Shown in pieces: positions 34,953 to 55,036 of a DNA stretch of 64,000 nucleotides. The DNA lies in NCBI RefSeq assembly GCF_009914755.1, contig NC_060928.1. One strand, 5' to 3'. The notes under the pieces were generated by a model that saw only the letters and a list, made by a program, of their open reading frames with translations, made no database searches and was not told where the DNA came from. The stretch comes from the human T2T-CHM13v2.0 reference genome, Homo sapiens. Position 1 is the first letter of the stretch. The number at the start of each line of letters is the position of its first letter. Both the position numbers and the translations under genes were made by a program.

Positions 34953-37779
34953 TTGGTAAATGATAGTTCAAACAGGCAAAATCAGGCAAAGAACATATTC
35001 TGATAACATAACTTTGAATATAACGAATATAACTATCTGTATCTAGAAAAGTAATTTAAACAACTGTGGAACTTGAGAAGTAGCATGTTCTCTTATCCTG
35101 AGATATTTGAAACATGCATATGGTCTAATTGATGGGTAGATACTGGTACCAATACACAAGAATCAGAACATACAAAAATATAATAATGTCCTGTTCTTTT
35201 CCAGTGTTGACACTGTGGTGGATAAATCATTCCCTATAGTCAAAGAGAAAAGATAGAGACCTATTTGAGAGAACTCATCAAGGTCTTGTGAATTCCCAGA
35301 GGGTTTGCATTAGCAGGAAAATAGCACGACTTTCACACAATGGAGGTGTCACATGAATAAATATTTACATATCAATAAACAAATGAAATTAGAAGGCAAA
35401 TAAGACAGAGTAACAGTCTACTCCAAGACTGGCATTGATCCATTTTTTATTTGTCTTAGAGACTCCTCATATTTCTAGTTATATGCCCAAAGAGAACGTT
35501 CTATACAATTATTTTCAATTATTCTCTAAAATAAAAATGTAAACCATTATGTGCATTTTTACCATGCAGAAGAGTTATAATGGGTTTAAATGTTCAACTG
35601 AATTAGTTTTGATCTTCCTCCAATGAGCTTAGAAACCAAATGAATAAGTAAACAAGCTGTAAACATATACAAGATGCAAGAAATATGCTGAGGAGAGAGA
35701 TGATGTGTGAACTGGAGAGGTGAAGATAAACCGAGTTGGTTTCATCCATTGTTAAAAAAAATAGCAACAAAAGTCTATGAATCACATTCATTTCCACAGA
35801 CATGACTAGAAACTAGGAATATGAGCAAGTAGACTCCTCTATCTACTATTATTTTCCAGGATCATTAAAATTAGATTGAATTATTATGGATTTTTTCATG
35901 AGGCAGCATTAGACTGCTGCTAGTGCCACCATCTAATAAAATCAGTGATTTGCAACACAGGAATACTTGACGCCAAAAAAGGTGTCTGCTAATTTATCAC
36001 ACCAGCAAGCGCATTATTTCACTTGAGAGAAAACCTTTATGGAATACCAAGGGAGCTCATAAATTAAAACGTACATTTTGTTGTTCCTAATTTTTAACAC
36101 AATGTAAAAGCTTTTTCTCTATTTTTCTAATTTATTTTTTAGTGTTTGCAGAACCACATGGTTTGTTCATTTGCATGTTTGTGCCACTGTTGTTGGTTGC
36201 TTCTGGGAATGGAAAGAATAAGGTCTCAGGCAAGGCCTTGGTGGATCCCACATGGCCTAACGATTTGGCTGATTGCTGTGGTCTAAATACTATCTTTGGG
36301 ACAAAAGAGACCCAGCATCTTGTACTCACAGACGCTGTTAGTAAATTTTAACATATTGGGGTACAGATCCTTCCAAATCATGTTTAATTTTCCTACAGGC
36401 ATTTAGCTATGACCACCTTGCTTCAGGCAATGCCTAGCTTAATAACACATGATAAATAATATTAAAAAACATTATTTAATGATAACCTAATTTACCAAAA
36501 GCCCCTAAGTTGCCTCTTCTTGAAGTTTTATTACCAAGCCAGATGTGCCTATATAAAACAAACATCTCTAATTTTTTCTCCCTGCTTTAAACTTTAAAAT
36601 GTTTCAAATTCGCTTTTAGAAATAAATTTACTCCCCCACTTTGGGATACACTCTAGAGGTTCCCATGAATGATTTAAAAACAGTACATATTCTTGTGCTG
36701 GACACAGGAAAGTCTCCCATTAGAAGAGTCACTGAAGAGTATTAACAAGAATGATTACTAGAACTATGGGCTGTCTATCTATACCTTTGGCTGCCTACAG
36801 ATTTGACCACAGAGGAAAAATTCAAAGGTAGAAATTGTAGAAATGTAACTTGAAAGTGTTTTCAGTCTGATCAATCCTTGATTAACACCACTAATAGAAG
36901 GGAAAAGAGGTATGGCTACATACAAATAATGTATAATCAAAATTCATTTGCCTATTGATTAAAATTTAAAAATACACTAGGGCTCATAGTTTTTGAGAAC
37001 AATAATTAATTGTATCTATAATGTGTTCAGAGGGAATAGGGGCTTGGGCATGGGTATGGGATGGAGTAAGTTTTGGATGGATCAGAGTCAAAGGATAGAG
37101 CAGATAAGTGAGAACTAAACATTGGCTTGTAAATTAAGAAATAATAGCAAGCTAGATGGGATAAAGCTGGGACTCAGAAAGAGAACAGTGATGAGCCGAA
37201 AAGATGGGCCAAATATTTTAAATAAATATTCTAAACTTAGGTAGGAAAAAAATCAGTAGCAGGAAAAAAGCTCCGGGCAAGTGCAATGTAATTTAACAGT
37301 TGTACATGGTTTTAAAAAATGTTCTCAAAGAGGCGTTAATTACAAACTCAATGAGTCATCGGTGCAATTTGTCAGATTTAAGCAAAAGTATTTTCCTTGA
37401 TTATGATCCTAAGGTTGCAACTTCCTGAGACCTGAATCCAATCATTGGCCAGTGGTAGGCTTTGGATTTGGGTTTCCATGTGTCCAGACCCCCTCAGTTA
37501 GCAAGAAGACTGTCTATGGAAGTTGGGGTTAGAGTAGCCACTCTAACACATTGTTTGCATTTTTCCCACACCCTATCGATCTTTCTCTGGCCTAGCAGGT
37601 CATGCTGTCATGGTTATTTATTTAGCTACCAAAAATATGCATTACAGCAAAGTATTTGTCTAATTATCATCTTACTCTTTTAATTCCTTGACTCAGTATA
37701 GGCTAAAAATTAGCGGCAAAAACAGCAGAGATCTGCCTAGCCTGCTGGAGATCATAACATCAAAGAGTATGAGAGCAGT

Positions 37780-37950
37780 ACTCTTGCCTGGCTCAGAGTA
37801 GGCACAAAATAATAATTGTTAAATATTGAATGAATAACCCAGTGGTCATGCTTCTAATACCACTCAGTGAAGAAAACGGAGAAAAGTCTGTCTTCATGAA
37901 GCTTATGTGATAGTAGGAGACAGACACAATACAGATAATCAAGTAAAATA
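37780..37950. mobile_element. L2 fragments
   Basis: 'gcctggctcagagtaggcacaaaataa...ttgaatgaataa' L2 3' end and 'gtcttcatgaagcttatgtgatagtaggagacagaca'. Confidence 0.55.
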
Positions 37951-37974
37951 CCCAGTCCATTAGGGAATAACAAG

Positions 37975-38409
37975 CTTTCTAGCAGATACTATCAGTGCCC
38001 TTCTCAAATTCCCTTGAGACTCCCCATTCCCATCCACTCTGACCCCCAGGTTCCTACTACAAAATAAAGCAGGGGGCTTTCTCTGACAGCTGGAGGATAC
38101 ATGTCCAAGCACAGAGACTGGAAGAGCTGGGAACTTAAAGCTCCTATCCCCCACATAGCAGCCATTGACCACAGAGTGATGACAGTGGGTAGATAAATGC
38201 CCCAGCTTCCTTTTGCCTCACATGTAGCAACTCCAAGACATACTGTGCAGGCTCCCAGAGATCCCCAGCAGGACTGAATCCCAGCTGTCCAGTAACCTGC
38301 TTCCTTCCACCCTGAATTGGCTTCCTTCCTTCCCCTGTCTCACCCTCCCATTCCCCTACTGGGCTTCCTGCAATCATATCCCAAATACCACTTGCACTCA
38401 AATCTTTGT
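37975..38409 (+). mobile_element. LTR16-family ERVL LTR
   Basis: 'ataaatgccccagcttcc...cccagagatccccagcaggactga...ttggcttccttccttcccctgtctcac...cccaaataccacttgcactcaaatc'. Confidence 0.75.
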
Positions 38410-38730
38410 GAAGAGATCCTTCTTTGAATTTTATTTTATCTTATTTTATTTTAAGTTCAGGAATACATGTGCAGGATGTGCTGGTTTGTTACGTAGGTAA
38501 ACGTTTGCCACGGTGGTTTGCTGCACCTATCAACCCATCACCTAGGTATTAAGCCCAGCATGCATTAGCTATAATATTTTTCCTGATGCCACCCTTCCCC
38601 ATGCCCCTCCACCACATGACCCAGTGTGTGGAAGATAGGTCACACTGTCTTCCACAGTGGCTGAACTAATTTAGATTCCCACCAACAATGTAAAAGCAGT
38701 CCTTTTTCTTCACAACCTCACCAGCATCTG

Positions 38731-39219
<489 letters not shown>

Positions 39220-39349
39220 TGAGAAATGTCTGTTCATGTCCTTTGCCAACTTTTTAGTGGGTTTTTTTCTTGTAAATTTGTTTAAGTTCCTTGTAGATTC
39301 TGGATATTAGACCTTTGTCAGATGGATAGATTGCAAAAATTTTCTCCCA

Positions 39350-39468
39350 AATAGCTAATGTAGATGACAGGTTGATGGGTGCAGTGAACCACCATGGCAC
39401 GTGTATATCTATATAACAAACCTGCATGTTCTGCACATGTATCCCAGAACTTAAAGTGTAATTTTAAA
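39350..39468 (+). mobile_element. Very short L1PA7/8 3' end inserted into the antisense L1
   Basis: 'aatagctaatgtagatgacaggttgatgggtgcag...cccagaacttaaag'; decayed TSD aaaaattttctccca / aaaaattatctca. Confidence 0.85.
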
Positions 39469-40209
39469 AAAATTATCTCATTCTGTAGGTTGTCTGTTCA
39501 CTCTGATGATAGTTTCTTTTGCTGTGCAGAAGAGATCCTTTTTCTGGAGATGACAAGTATTAAGGAAAAACGTAATTCAGGGAAAGAAGAAATGAAATAT
39601 TGCATCATGTGAGATTTCACATTGGGTGATCAAGAAGGGTTTCACCAAGGCGATTTAGGAAAAAACACTTGAATGAAATAAGGAATGAATTATAGTTCCA
39701 AAATAGGGTCATTGCCAAGCCTATCACACCACGTTACAACCAGAGACACAGTGAAGCTCTTGCTAAGGTTAGTGGGGGCTTTTTTCTTCTCTCTAGTGTT
39801 TGAAAATAAAATGTTCATCCCTAGTAATTTGGTGAGGTTTGGATTTTCACTGCCAGAAGCAAAACATTGATTTTCCTTCACAGCATTTTGATATAAATGT
39901 ATGTGAAGCCCTTAGGGCATCTTGCCCTCTTATTCTTATTATAAGATGTCTCGTCAACTGTCTCAGTTCAAGGCCGCAAAACTGACTCAATACTGAGACG
40001 TTCTCTCTCAGAGGAATTCTCAACAAAATTTCATGAGTGCCCATATGAACATGGTGAAGATTCATGTCGCTTTCACTTAGAGTCTCCAAAGAATAAAATG
40101 TCACTCCTTCTATTCACCCTAAGCTTACTGACTGACACAAACACGGACACTGTGTGTGTGGCAGCCTGCAATATATGCATTAAATATGTATATATAGAAA
40201 GACAACAAT

Positions 40210-40700
40210 TTAACAGAATCACTGACTTCTAAAATGAGAAGTTACCTCAATAGTTAAATCTCTTAATCAGGACTGGAATCCCTGCTCCACCATGCCTCAT
40301 TGGGGGTCACCCAGGTCCTGCCCAAATACTTCCTCTATTAAAGGGTGCTCATTCCAAACAAGTCAACCTATTCCATTTTTTAACAGCTGGTAAAAACTAT
40401 TATTTATATTGATTGAAATGTGCTTCCTTAATCCCTTATTATTCCTTCTGAAACTAAAAAAACAAAATTAAATCCCTCTCCTGCATAGCAAATAGGATAA
40501 ATATAATCTTGGTATGAAAGTATTCAACACTCTGTTTTGACATGGGTTCCAGATTCCCCACCATCCAGTAGCCTTCCTTCTGACACACAGTTGTCATCAC
40601 TGCCCTTGTAAAAGGCTGGCACTTAGAAGTAAGCACTGTACCTGCATTGGTCTAATTTATTTATTGATCAGACCAAGGACTCTATTTCCCTTGATCTAAA
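40210..40700 (-). mobile_element. L3/CR1 LINE relic
   Basis: 'ccaccatccagtagccttccttctgacacacagttgtcatcactgcccttgtaaaaggctggcacttagaagtaagcac' resembles the reverse CR1 RT 3' region; highly decayed. Confidence 0.5.
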
Positions 40701-40774
40701 CCAGGAGTTCTGAGTCTGTCCTGTTTTTTCCTGGTTTTCCCTCAAGTTTCCTTTGTTCACCTGTTAGACGGTAG

Positions 40775-41338
40775 TGCTCCCAGGGGTTCTGCTGTCAGCC
40801 CTCAAATAGCCTCAGTAGTACGTATGCTTTCTCAAGATAGGTCCATCACAATTCATGGGCTCAAAAGCTATCTGTAAGCTGGCTTTCATGACTCCCAAAA
40901 CCATATCTCTAGCCCTCACCCCTAAACTTACCTAAGTCAAATGCTGAATGAACAGTTCAACTAGATATCCCATAGAACTCATGCTCGACATGCCCCAAAC
41001 CAATCTCAATATTTTACCCTATAAACTAGATCTTCTGTCTGCATTCCCTACTCTGGATACCAGCTCTATTTCCTCCCTAGCCAGAAATTACCAAAATATA
41101 TCTCAAACCTTTCAATTCATATCTACCTCCTTTGCTGCCACACTAGTACCACCCTGGTCCAAACTATCAACATCTCTTTTCTGCACAACCCTATGGTTTC
41201 TTAATTGATTTCCCTACTCTTCTCCTTCTCCCTACTCCAATAAAATCCCAATTTATTCTTCAAATAGCAGTCAGAGCAACCTTTCTAAAATGCAAGTATG
41301 ATCATGTCACTCCTCTGCTTAAAAACCCTTTGATGGCA
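40775..41338 (+). mobile_element. L2 LINE fragment
   Basis: 'atgactcccaaaaccatatctctagccc', 'cagtcagagcaacctttctaaaatgcaagtatgatcatgtcactcctctgcttaaaaaccctttgatggc'. Confidence 0.8.
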
Positions 41339-41641
41339 GAAGTATGCCATGTAAATGGGGCTGTGGCGGGAAGAGATGTTGGAGAGGCAAATGTTGGACA
41401 CATCAAAAGTGATGCTAAAAAATAAAAATGAATAAATACAATTTTTAAGTGATGCTAAGGAGAATTATGTCCTCATATGCACAATTCCTGGGTCTCACTA
41501 TGCAGATCTTAAAAATGGGTGACAGTGAGAAATCAGAAAATCCTATATTGGCTTGACTGATTTGTATAGGAAAGGGCCAAAATTTACTCTAGGAAAATAG
41601 ATCCAGAAGGTAAGAGAGTAGGGACAAGAAAATAAAGGCCA

Positions 41642-42030
<389 letters not shown>

Positions 42031-43239
42031 CTACCACACCCTGATACATGAGACTTTAGCAAGATAGACAGGTAGAAGGCTTTTAGAAGTTTTGCAGTGT
42101 GTTATAAATGTCATCTCCATTTGGCATTATCGAAGAGATTATAGTAAAAACTTTAATTGCTTTGCAATTGTTTTTAGATGTTAGACTGGTACTTCTGTGG
42201 CTAGAACAATGAACAGAGAAAGGCCCTATTGTTAGAACAAAGAAGCCCAGTGCCACTGGAATTAAATACATAATAGAGTCAGATATTCTACCTGCGAAAT
42301 CTGTCTAGTATTTAGAATGGTATTAAATACATCCATGCTTTAAGGTGCCATATCTAAAGTATTATGACTTCCACATGCTCTGTTCTACTCTACCCTCAAC
42401 TCCCAACCAAGCATGAAAACCACTGATCTTGACTTGATAATATTATTAAAGTACAAAACACATACCTATCTGATTGCAAGCTTATAATATGCTACAACAC
42501 AAATATCACAGATCTCTCACTGTAAAAGTTTATTTGTAGCATATCATAGCCCCACTATAGATATTTTACCCTTGGAGTGCAACCCAGCTATTCTTACTGG
42601 GCCTACTTAGAGATCATTTAAGTGCCACCTTTATTATCACACCTAACAAGCCTTTCCACTGGCAAATTGCCTCTATCATAATAGCTTCCACTTTCAGATG
42701 AGAAGGACTCAACAGGTCTTCCTGAAACTGATGATGTGCCTGGACTAATATTTTTGTAAAAACAAAAGTGGCATGGGAAATTAGAGAAGGCAGGAAGGAG
42801 TCTATCAGTGAGAATGCATCTTCTACCAACAGGTTTTCTTCTTAGACATTGTGTTGAAATGAGGCACTACCAGAGAGAAGAACCACTTGATTTGTATTCC
42901 ACAACCTGTAGGTGACCATGGCAGGTATTCTGGACCCAGGCATGAGGATTTAGATCAGATTGCATACAGAGGATCCATTCTAGCAGGCATGGCCTATGGA
43001 GGTGTGCTCTAGGCTTATAAACCAGAGAACTTTGAAGAGCATGACTACAAATGGTGAAATTTTAAAATATATCTGGACCAGAGGAGAGCATCTCTATAGC
43101 TCTCTTATTAGATCAAATAGTCCAAGGGATCTTGAAACAGACCCTGTGGGTGGTCCTCTGGCTAAGGAATCACTTGGGTTTAAAGTGGACCTCCTTTCTC
43201 TGTCAAGAGAGATAATCTTTGCTGAGGTAAATCACCCTT

Positions 43240-43640
43240 AAGTTGGCATGAACAATTAAATAAATTTATTAGCTCACAGCTCTAACAGCATTGGTCAGAT
43301 ATGGTCTGGTCAGGGTTCTGGCTCATTTCTCTTTCTTCTTTTTCCATATGTCTTCTTCAAGTTGGCCATAGTAGTTTCAGGCCTAACATCATAAACATGT
43401 CCAGAGGAAGAGTAAGCATCTCTCCTGGAGGCCCTCTCTTAAAGAAACCACTCTATCCAAGATCCCCAGCAGGCATCTGTTATTGTGACACATGTCTATT
43501 CCAGAATCAATCACTGTGGCAGTAGACAGAATTATGTTGATGACATTCAGGGATTCCCAGGAAACAGGGATGTGCTCAGCTTCCCCTAGTGCCCATGGAC
43601 TGTTGTGACAAAATTGGATTCTTGTATTAAAAGGAGGGTG
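43240..43640 (-). mobile_element. Old MLT1 (J/K/L-like) LTR relic
   Basis: 'aatttattagctcaca...ccccagcag...cacatgtctattccagaatcaatcactgtggc'. Confidence 0.55.
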
Positions 43641-45734
43641 CTCTGGGGAAAGGGGAGAAGACTAATGATAGCCTTTGCATTTCCTGGGGTAGCTTTGTGC
43701 TACCTGGCTGTGTCCTTTTCTCTGTCCACTCTCTTGGGGTCCAGGAAGGATAACAATAGTCAGATCAACAGTCCAGAGAAGTCTTGGGTTCTGATGTGGG
43801 TTTTAGCCAAGGCAGTGGGCTTGCCTTGTGCAATTTATATAGAACTGAAAACCACTGACCCATTTCATTTATGTGCCTAATTGTCAGTTCTACATTCTGC
43901 ACAGGCCTTTAACAGCTCTGTGCTCAATCTCTTTGAAATTGAGAGTATAGAGTAATACCAATAAGGAAGTCATATCTTTACACCACCTATCTTCATTCTT
44001 CATTGTCTTTAAACAGGAATATTCAACTATTTAATATGATGATCATTTCCAGCCTTTGATAATTTTTCCATTTTCTCTCTTTTTCAAAGCTTTTAAATTG
44101 TAATAAAGCTTTAAAGACTGAGCTACCAATAGTTTCATTTGTCTATCTTTCAACTATAATGAATACAGATGGGCAGAGAGGGAAAGAAATCCAGGATTTG
44201 GTCTGATCCTATAATCTTTCTCATTTGTTTGTGAAAGGTTGAATAATTCCAGATGAATACCTTAACAATGCCAGTGTTTTCTCATCCCAGTGATTTATTT
44301 TCCCATCGACACTAAAGAAATATTTAATATAATGTGCATATATAAACTATAAAATGATAATAACCCCCATATGAAAAGTTGTAAGTAACAAACATAATCA
44401 GAAGTAATGTGTAGGATTTTATGCATATATACACATCACTAAATACAGAACCATTTTCTAGAAAATAGGCGACAAACCTCACTAAATAAAAAAATACTGT
44501 GAGCACATTTTCTGCCCCATAGAATATGAAATCATCTTGTTTTTCTTTCTAACCATAGCTGTCCAAATATTATGGGTGACATACCCATATGTGATAAGCT
44601 GTGACATTAAAATTCTTCCATTGAAACCCACTTTGAACATTTCACTTTACTTCCCTCCATTTTACTCAGTCATTTTCAGTCTAGTTATGTAACATGAAAA
44701 GAAATTTATTTTGGCTCGCTCATATCTCTGCAGAATTGTTGCTTCCTACATAAATTTTACACTATTTTCCCAGTCCAAAAAAATGTCAAACCCCAAGTGT
44801 TCTAGGTTCAAGGGAGGAGGAAGAATGACTAAATCAGTTCAATTTTCCTTGGTTTGGTGGTACATTGCGGTGCAATGCTTAACTAGGACAATGCAACGAA
44901 TAAGGGGGATGATATATTAATATGGCATACATGATGATAAGTAATGGTATAATCCACAGTGAGCTCTGTCTACTAAATGAGAGAAACTGCATGAAGGTGA
45001 CAAAACATTTACAATGATGGAGCATAAATAAGCTCTTGGAGAAAATTTTCTGAGTGGTGAGTAGTTTTGTAGGAAACTTGTTTATTTCTTATTGACTTTC
45101 ATCTATCTCTTTCTGAAAGAGTCTATTATTCCAATTCCACCTTGTTGTCAACACTCTGACATTCAGGAGAATATTATTTCCTCTTTAATATTCTGGCTCA
45201 AATGTGAACAAAACCAAAATCCACTTCATTTGTCCCCAGACCATAAAAGTTAATTTCTAAGTTGGATTAAAAGACATAAGAAACCTAAAAAGATGTAAAC
45301 TTATGAAGTATAGTTTCCTGATCCCAGCTGACTTACGTAGTTGGTTCAGAAGCCCTGTTTTATTTAAAATCCTATCTCAGATGTGCTAAAAGACTAAGGA
45401 AAGGACTTGATTTACTCACACTGTGCCAAAAATAAATGCCCCATTTTAAAAAAAAAAAGACTAAGGAAAGAAATTCAGGGTGATTTTGCCTATAATTGGG
45501 GCAAGTTTAAAATAAGAGAACTTGTGACATAAGGAGATAGTTCAATTGTAAAAAGTAATTATTTTATAAATTGGCATATATTTTTATTCAATCTCAAGCA
45601 TATTTAAATAAATATTCTCATCATAATTTAAAGCAGTCATTATGTTTACTCCAGAAATTCTTGAGTACCAAGAATATAGTCCTTTGAGAATTAAAGGCAT
45701 AGGAAAGAGTGTTCATTAATGCATACAGTGATTA

Positions 45735-46350
45735 GACCAAACATGTTGTTGAAAACTACTTGAAAAACTGAATAAATATTTTTAAAAATCTGTTTGAGGG
45801 TATCAGAGAGATAGTAAAGCATTGAAGAATTGCATAGCCATCATACAGAATAAGGAAACCCAAGAAGTGAGCCGGGACATCTGAGCCGCTTGTCTACCGA
45901 AGAACTCTGCCAGTGTTCCAGGAGAAACAGCTGAGAGGCTCAGAAGCTCATCAGAGGTCTCAACAGACTAACAGGGCTATGACGACAAAAATTGGAATTC
46001 AGGGTCCACTGGGAAGTGGGTAGCAGCTGACAAATCTTCTGGCATTGGGTTGAGATCCTGAGGACCTACCCACTATGAGTGTAAGAATAAACTAAAAACA
46101 AATCAGCAGAGGTTGAAACTCAACTTCTTATCATTTCAAATGATGATTTGATTAAGAAGATCTGGGATTGCTAGTGTATCTAGCCTACATAAATGCAAAT
46201 ATAAATTTTCCTTGAGAGGGAGATAACATCTAGAGCCACAAATTATCTCTAGTTTTTCATAATCTTTAGCACTCAGTCAAAATTACCAAGAAACATTAGA
46301 AGACAAGACAATGTGACTGAAGACAAAAGTAAACAACTAGAGATAAAGAA
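45735..46350 (+). mobile_element. Old L1M 5'-region fragment
   Basis: 'cagctgagaggctcagaag', 'aattggaattcagggtcc', 'cagtcaaaattaccaagaaacattagaagacaagacaatgtgac' resemble L1M/L1ME 5' consensus. Confidence 0.55.
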
Positions 46351-46351
46351 A

Positions 46352-46449
46352 TGTGTTCTCATCATTTAGCTTTTACTTATAAGTGAGAACATGTGGTATT
46401 TGGTTTTCTGTTCCTGTGTTTGCTAAGTTTGCTAAGAATAATGGCCTCC
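46352..46449 (-). mobile_element. ~100-bp antisense L1 3' fragment (L1PA11-16 type)
   Basis: 'tgtgttctcatcatttagc...acttataagtgagaacatgtggtatttggttttctgttcctgtg...ataatggcctcc'. Confidence 0.85.
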
Positions 46450-46533
46450 TGCATCAACAAAAAGGACACCCACGCAAAAACCACATCAAAAGGTAATCAG
46501 CATCAAAGATCAAAGGTAGATAAATCCATAAAG

Positions 46534-47562
46534 ATGAGGAAAAACCAGCACAAAAATGCTGAAAATTCCAAAAACCAGAATGCCTCTTCTCCTCCAACAG
46601 GATCACAACTCCTCGCCAGCAAGGGAACAAAACTGGATGGGGAATGAGTTTGATGAAATGAAAGAATTAGACTTCAGAAGGTGGGTAATAACGAACACCT
46701 CCAAGCTAAGGAAGCATGTTCTAACCCAATGCAAGGAAGCTAAGAGCCTTGAAAAAAGGTTAGACAAATTGCTATCTAGAATAACCACTTTAGAGAAGAA
46801 CATAAATAACCTGATGGAGCTGAAAAACACAGCACAAGAACTTCGTGAAGCACACACAAGTATCAAAAGCTGAACTGATCAAGTGGCAGAAAGAATATCA
46901 GAGATGAATATCAACTTAATGAAATAAAGCATGAAGACAAGATTAGAGAAAAAAGAATGAAAAGGAACAATCAAAGCCTCCAATAAATATGGGACTATGT
47001 GAAAAGATCAAACCTACAATTGACTGGTATACCTGAAAGTGACGAGGAGAATGGAACCAAGTTGGAAAACACACTTCAGGATATTATCTGGGAGAACTCC
47101 CCAACCTAGAAAGACAGGACAACATTCAAATTCAGGATATACAGAGAACACCACTAAGATTCTCCTCAAGAAGAGCAACCCCAAGACACATAATCATCAG
47201 ATTCACCAAAGTCAAAACTAAGGAAAAAATGTTAAGGGCAGCCAGAGAGAAAGGTCAGGTTACCTACAAAGGGAAGCCCATCAGACTAACAGAGAATCTC
47301 TCTGCAGAAACTCTATAATCCAGAAGAGAGTGGGGATCAATATTAAACATTCTTAAAAAAAAAAAAGAATTTTCAACCCAGAATTTCATATCCAGCCAAA
47401 CTAAGCTTCATAAGTGAAGAAGAAATAAAATCCTTTACAGACAAGCAAGTGCTGAGGGATTTTGTCACCACCAGACCTGCCTTACAAGAGCTCCTGAAGG
47501 AAGCATTAAATATGGAAAGGAAAAACCAGTACCAGCCACTGCAAAAACATGCCAAATTGTAA
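46534..47562 (+). pseudogene. L1 ORF1p remnant, disrupted
   Basis: MRKNQHKNAENSKNQNASSP start and coiled-coil segment in ORF 46556..46873; frameshifts and stops. Confidence 0.85.
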
Positions 47563-47626
47563 AGAACATCAATGCTATGAAGAAACTGCATCAATTAATG
47601 GGCAAAATAACCTGCTACCATCCTGA

Positions 47627-51455
<3,829 letters not shown>

Positions 51456-51720
51456 ACAATGAGAACACATTGACACAGGGAGAGGAACATTACACAATGG
51501 GGCTAGTCAGGGGGTGGTGGCAAGGGGAGAGATAGCATTAGGAGAAATACCTAATGCATACGGAGCTTAAAACCTAGATGACGGGTTGGTGGGTGCAGCA
51601 AACCACCATGGCACATGTATACCTATGTAACAGACCTGCACGTTCTGCACATGTATCCCAAAACTTAAAGTATAATAATAAAAAAATTAAAGAAAATTAA
51701 AATACAAAAAAAAAAGAGCA

Positions 51721-52020
51721 GGCTGGGTGCGTTGGTTCATGCCTGTGATTCTAGGACTTTGGGAAGCTAAGGCAGATGGATCACTTGAGGCTAAGAGTTC
51801 AAGACCAGCCTGGCCAAGATAGAGAAACACTGTCTCTACTAAAAATACAAAAAATTAGCTGGGCATAGTGGCACATGCCTATAATACCAGCTACTCAGGA
51901 GGCTGAGGACAAGAATTGCTTGTACCCAAGGGGCAGAAGTTGCAGTGAGCGGAGATCATGCCACTGCACACTCCAGCCTCAGTGACAGAGCAACCTCTGT
52001 CTCAAAAAAAAAAAAAAAAA
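51721..52020 (+). mobile_element. Alu (AluS/J)
   Basis: Full dimer with poly(A); no clean TSD seen. Confidence 0.93.
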
Positions 52021-53498
52021 GGTTGTGGAGGAACAAACCCTCCACGAAGGTTGGGATTATGTTAAATGACCAAACCTAAGAATAACTGCTATTCCCAAAG
52101 AAGAGATCTAAAAGTTTGGAAAACTTATTTGAGGAATAATCAAGGAAAACTTCCCTGGCCCTGCTAGAGATCTAGACATCCAAATACAAGAAGCGTAAAG
52201 AACACCTGGGAAATTCATTGCAAAAAATGACTACCTGGGCACATAGTCATCAGGTTATCTAAAGCCAGACAAAGGAAAGACTCTTAAGAGCTGTAAGGCA
52301 AAAGCATCAGGTAACATATAAAGGAAAAACCTATCAGATTAATAGCAGATTTTTCAGCAGAAACCATACAAGCTAGAAGGGATTGGGATTTTTTCATTAG
52401 CCTTTATAAACAAAAGAATTATCTGCCAAGAATTTGTATCCAGTGAAACTAAACTTCATAAATGAAGGAAAGATACAGTCTTTTTCAGACAAACAAATGC
52501 TGAGAGGATTTGCCACTACCAAGTCAGTAGTACAAGAACTGCTAAAAGGAGTTCTAAATCTTGAAACAAACCCTCAAAATACACCAAAATAGAACCTCCT
52601 TAAAGCATAAATCTCACAGGGCCTATAAAACGATAACACAATGAAAAAAAAACCCAAGGTATTCAGGCAAAAACTAGCATGATGAATAGAATAGTATGTC
52701 ACATCTCAATACCAACATTGAATGTAAATAACCTGAATGCTCCACTTAAAAGATACAGAATGGCAGAATGGATAAGAATTCACCAACCAACAATCTGTTG
52801 TCTTCAAGAGACTCACCTAACACATAAGGACTCACAAAAACTTAAGGTAAAGGGGTAGAAAAAGACATTCCATGCAAATGGACACCAAAAGTGACCAGGA
52901 GTAGCTATTCTTACATCAGACAAAACAACAGCTTTAACTGCTGTTTAAAGCAACAGCAGTTAAAAAAGCCAAAGAGGGACATTATATAATGATAAAAGGT
53001 GTTGTCCAACATGTAAATATCACAGTCCTAAATACATATGCACATAACGCTGGAGCTCCCAAATTTATAAAACAATTACTACTAGACCTAACAAATGAGA
53101 TAGACAGCAACATGATAATAGTGGGGGACTTTGATATTCCACTGACAGCACTACACAGGTCATCAAGACAAAAAGTTAACAAAGAAACAATGGATTTAAA
53201 CTATATCCTGGAACAAATGGACTTAACAGATGTTTACAGAACATTCTAACCAACCAATGCAGAATATACATTCTATTCAACAGCACGTGGAAGTTTCTCC
53301 AAGATAGACCATATGATAGGCCACAAAACAAGTCTCAACAAGTTGAAATTACACCAAGTACTCTCTCAGACCACAGTGGAATAAAACTGCAAATCAACTC
53401 TAAAAGGAACCTTCAAGAACATGCAAATACATAGAAATTAAGTAACCTGCTCCTGAATAATCATTGGGTCAACAATGAAATCAAGATTGGAAATTTAA

Positions 53499-55036
<1,538 letters not shown>

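Noticed and set aside
35580-35810. Purine-rich stretch as coding exon or ancient transposase
   Set aside because: Stops in the plus frames I checked and no recognisable protein motif.
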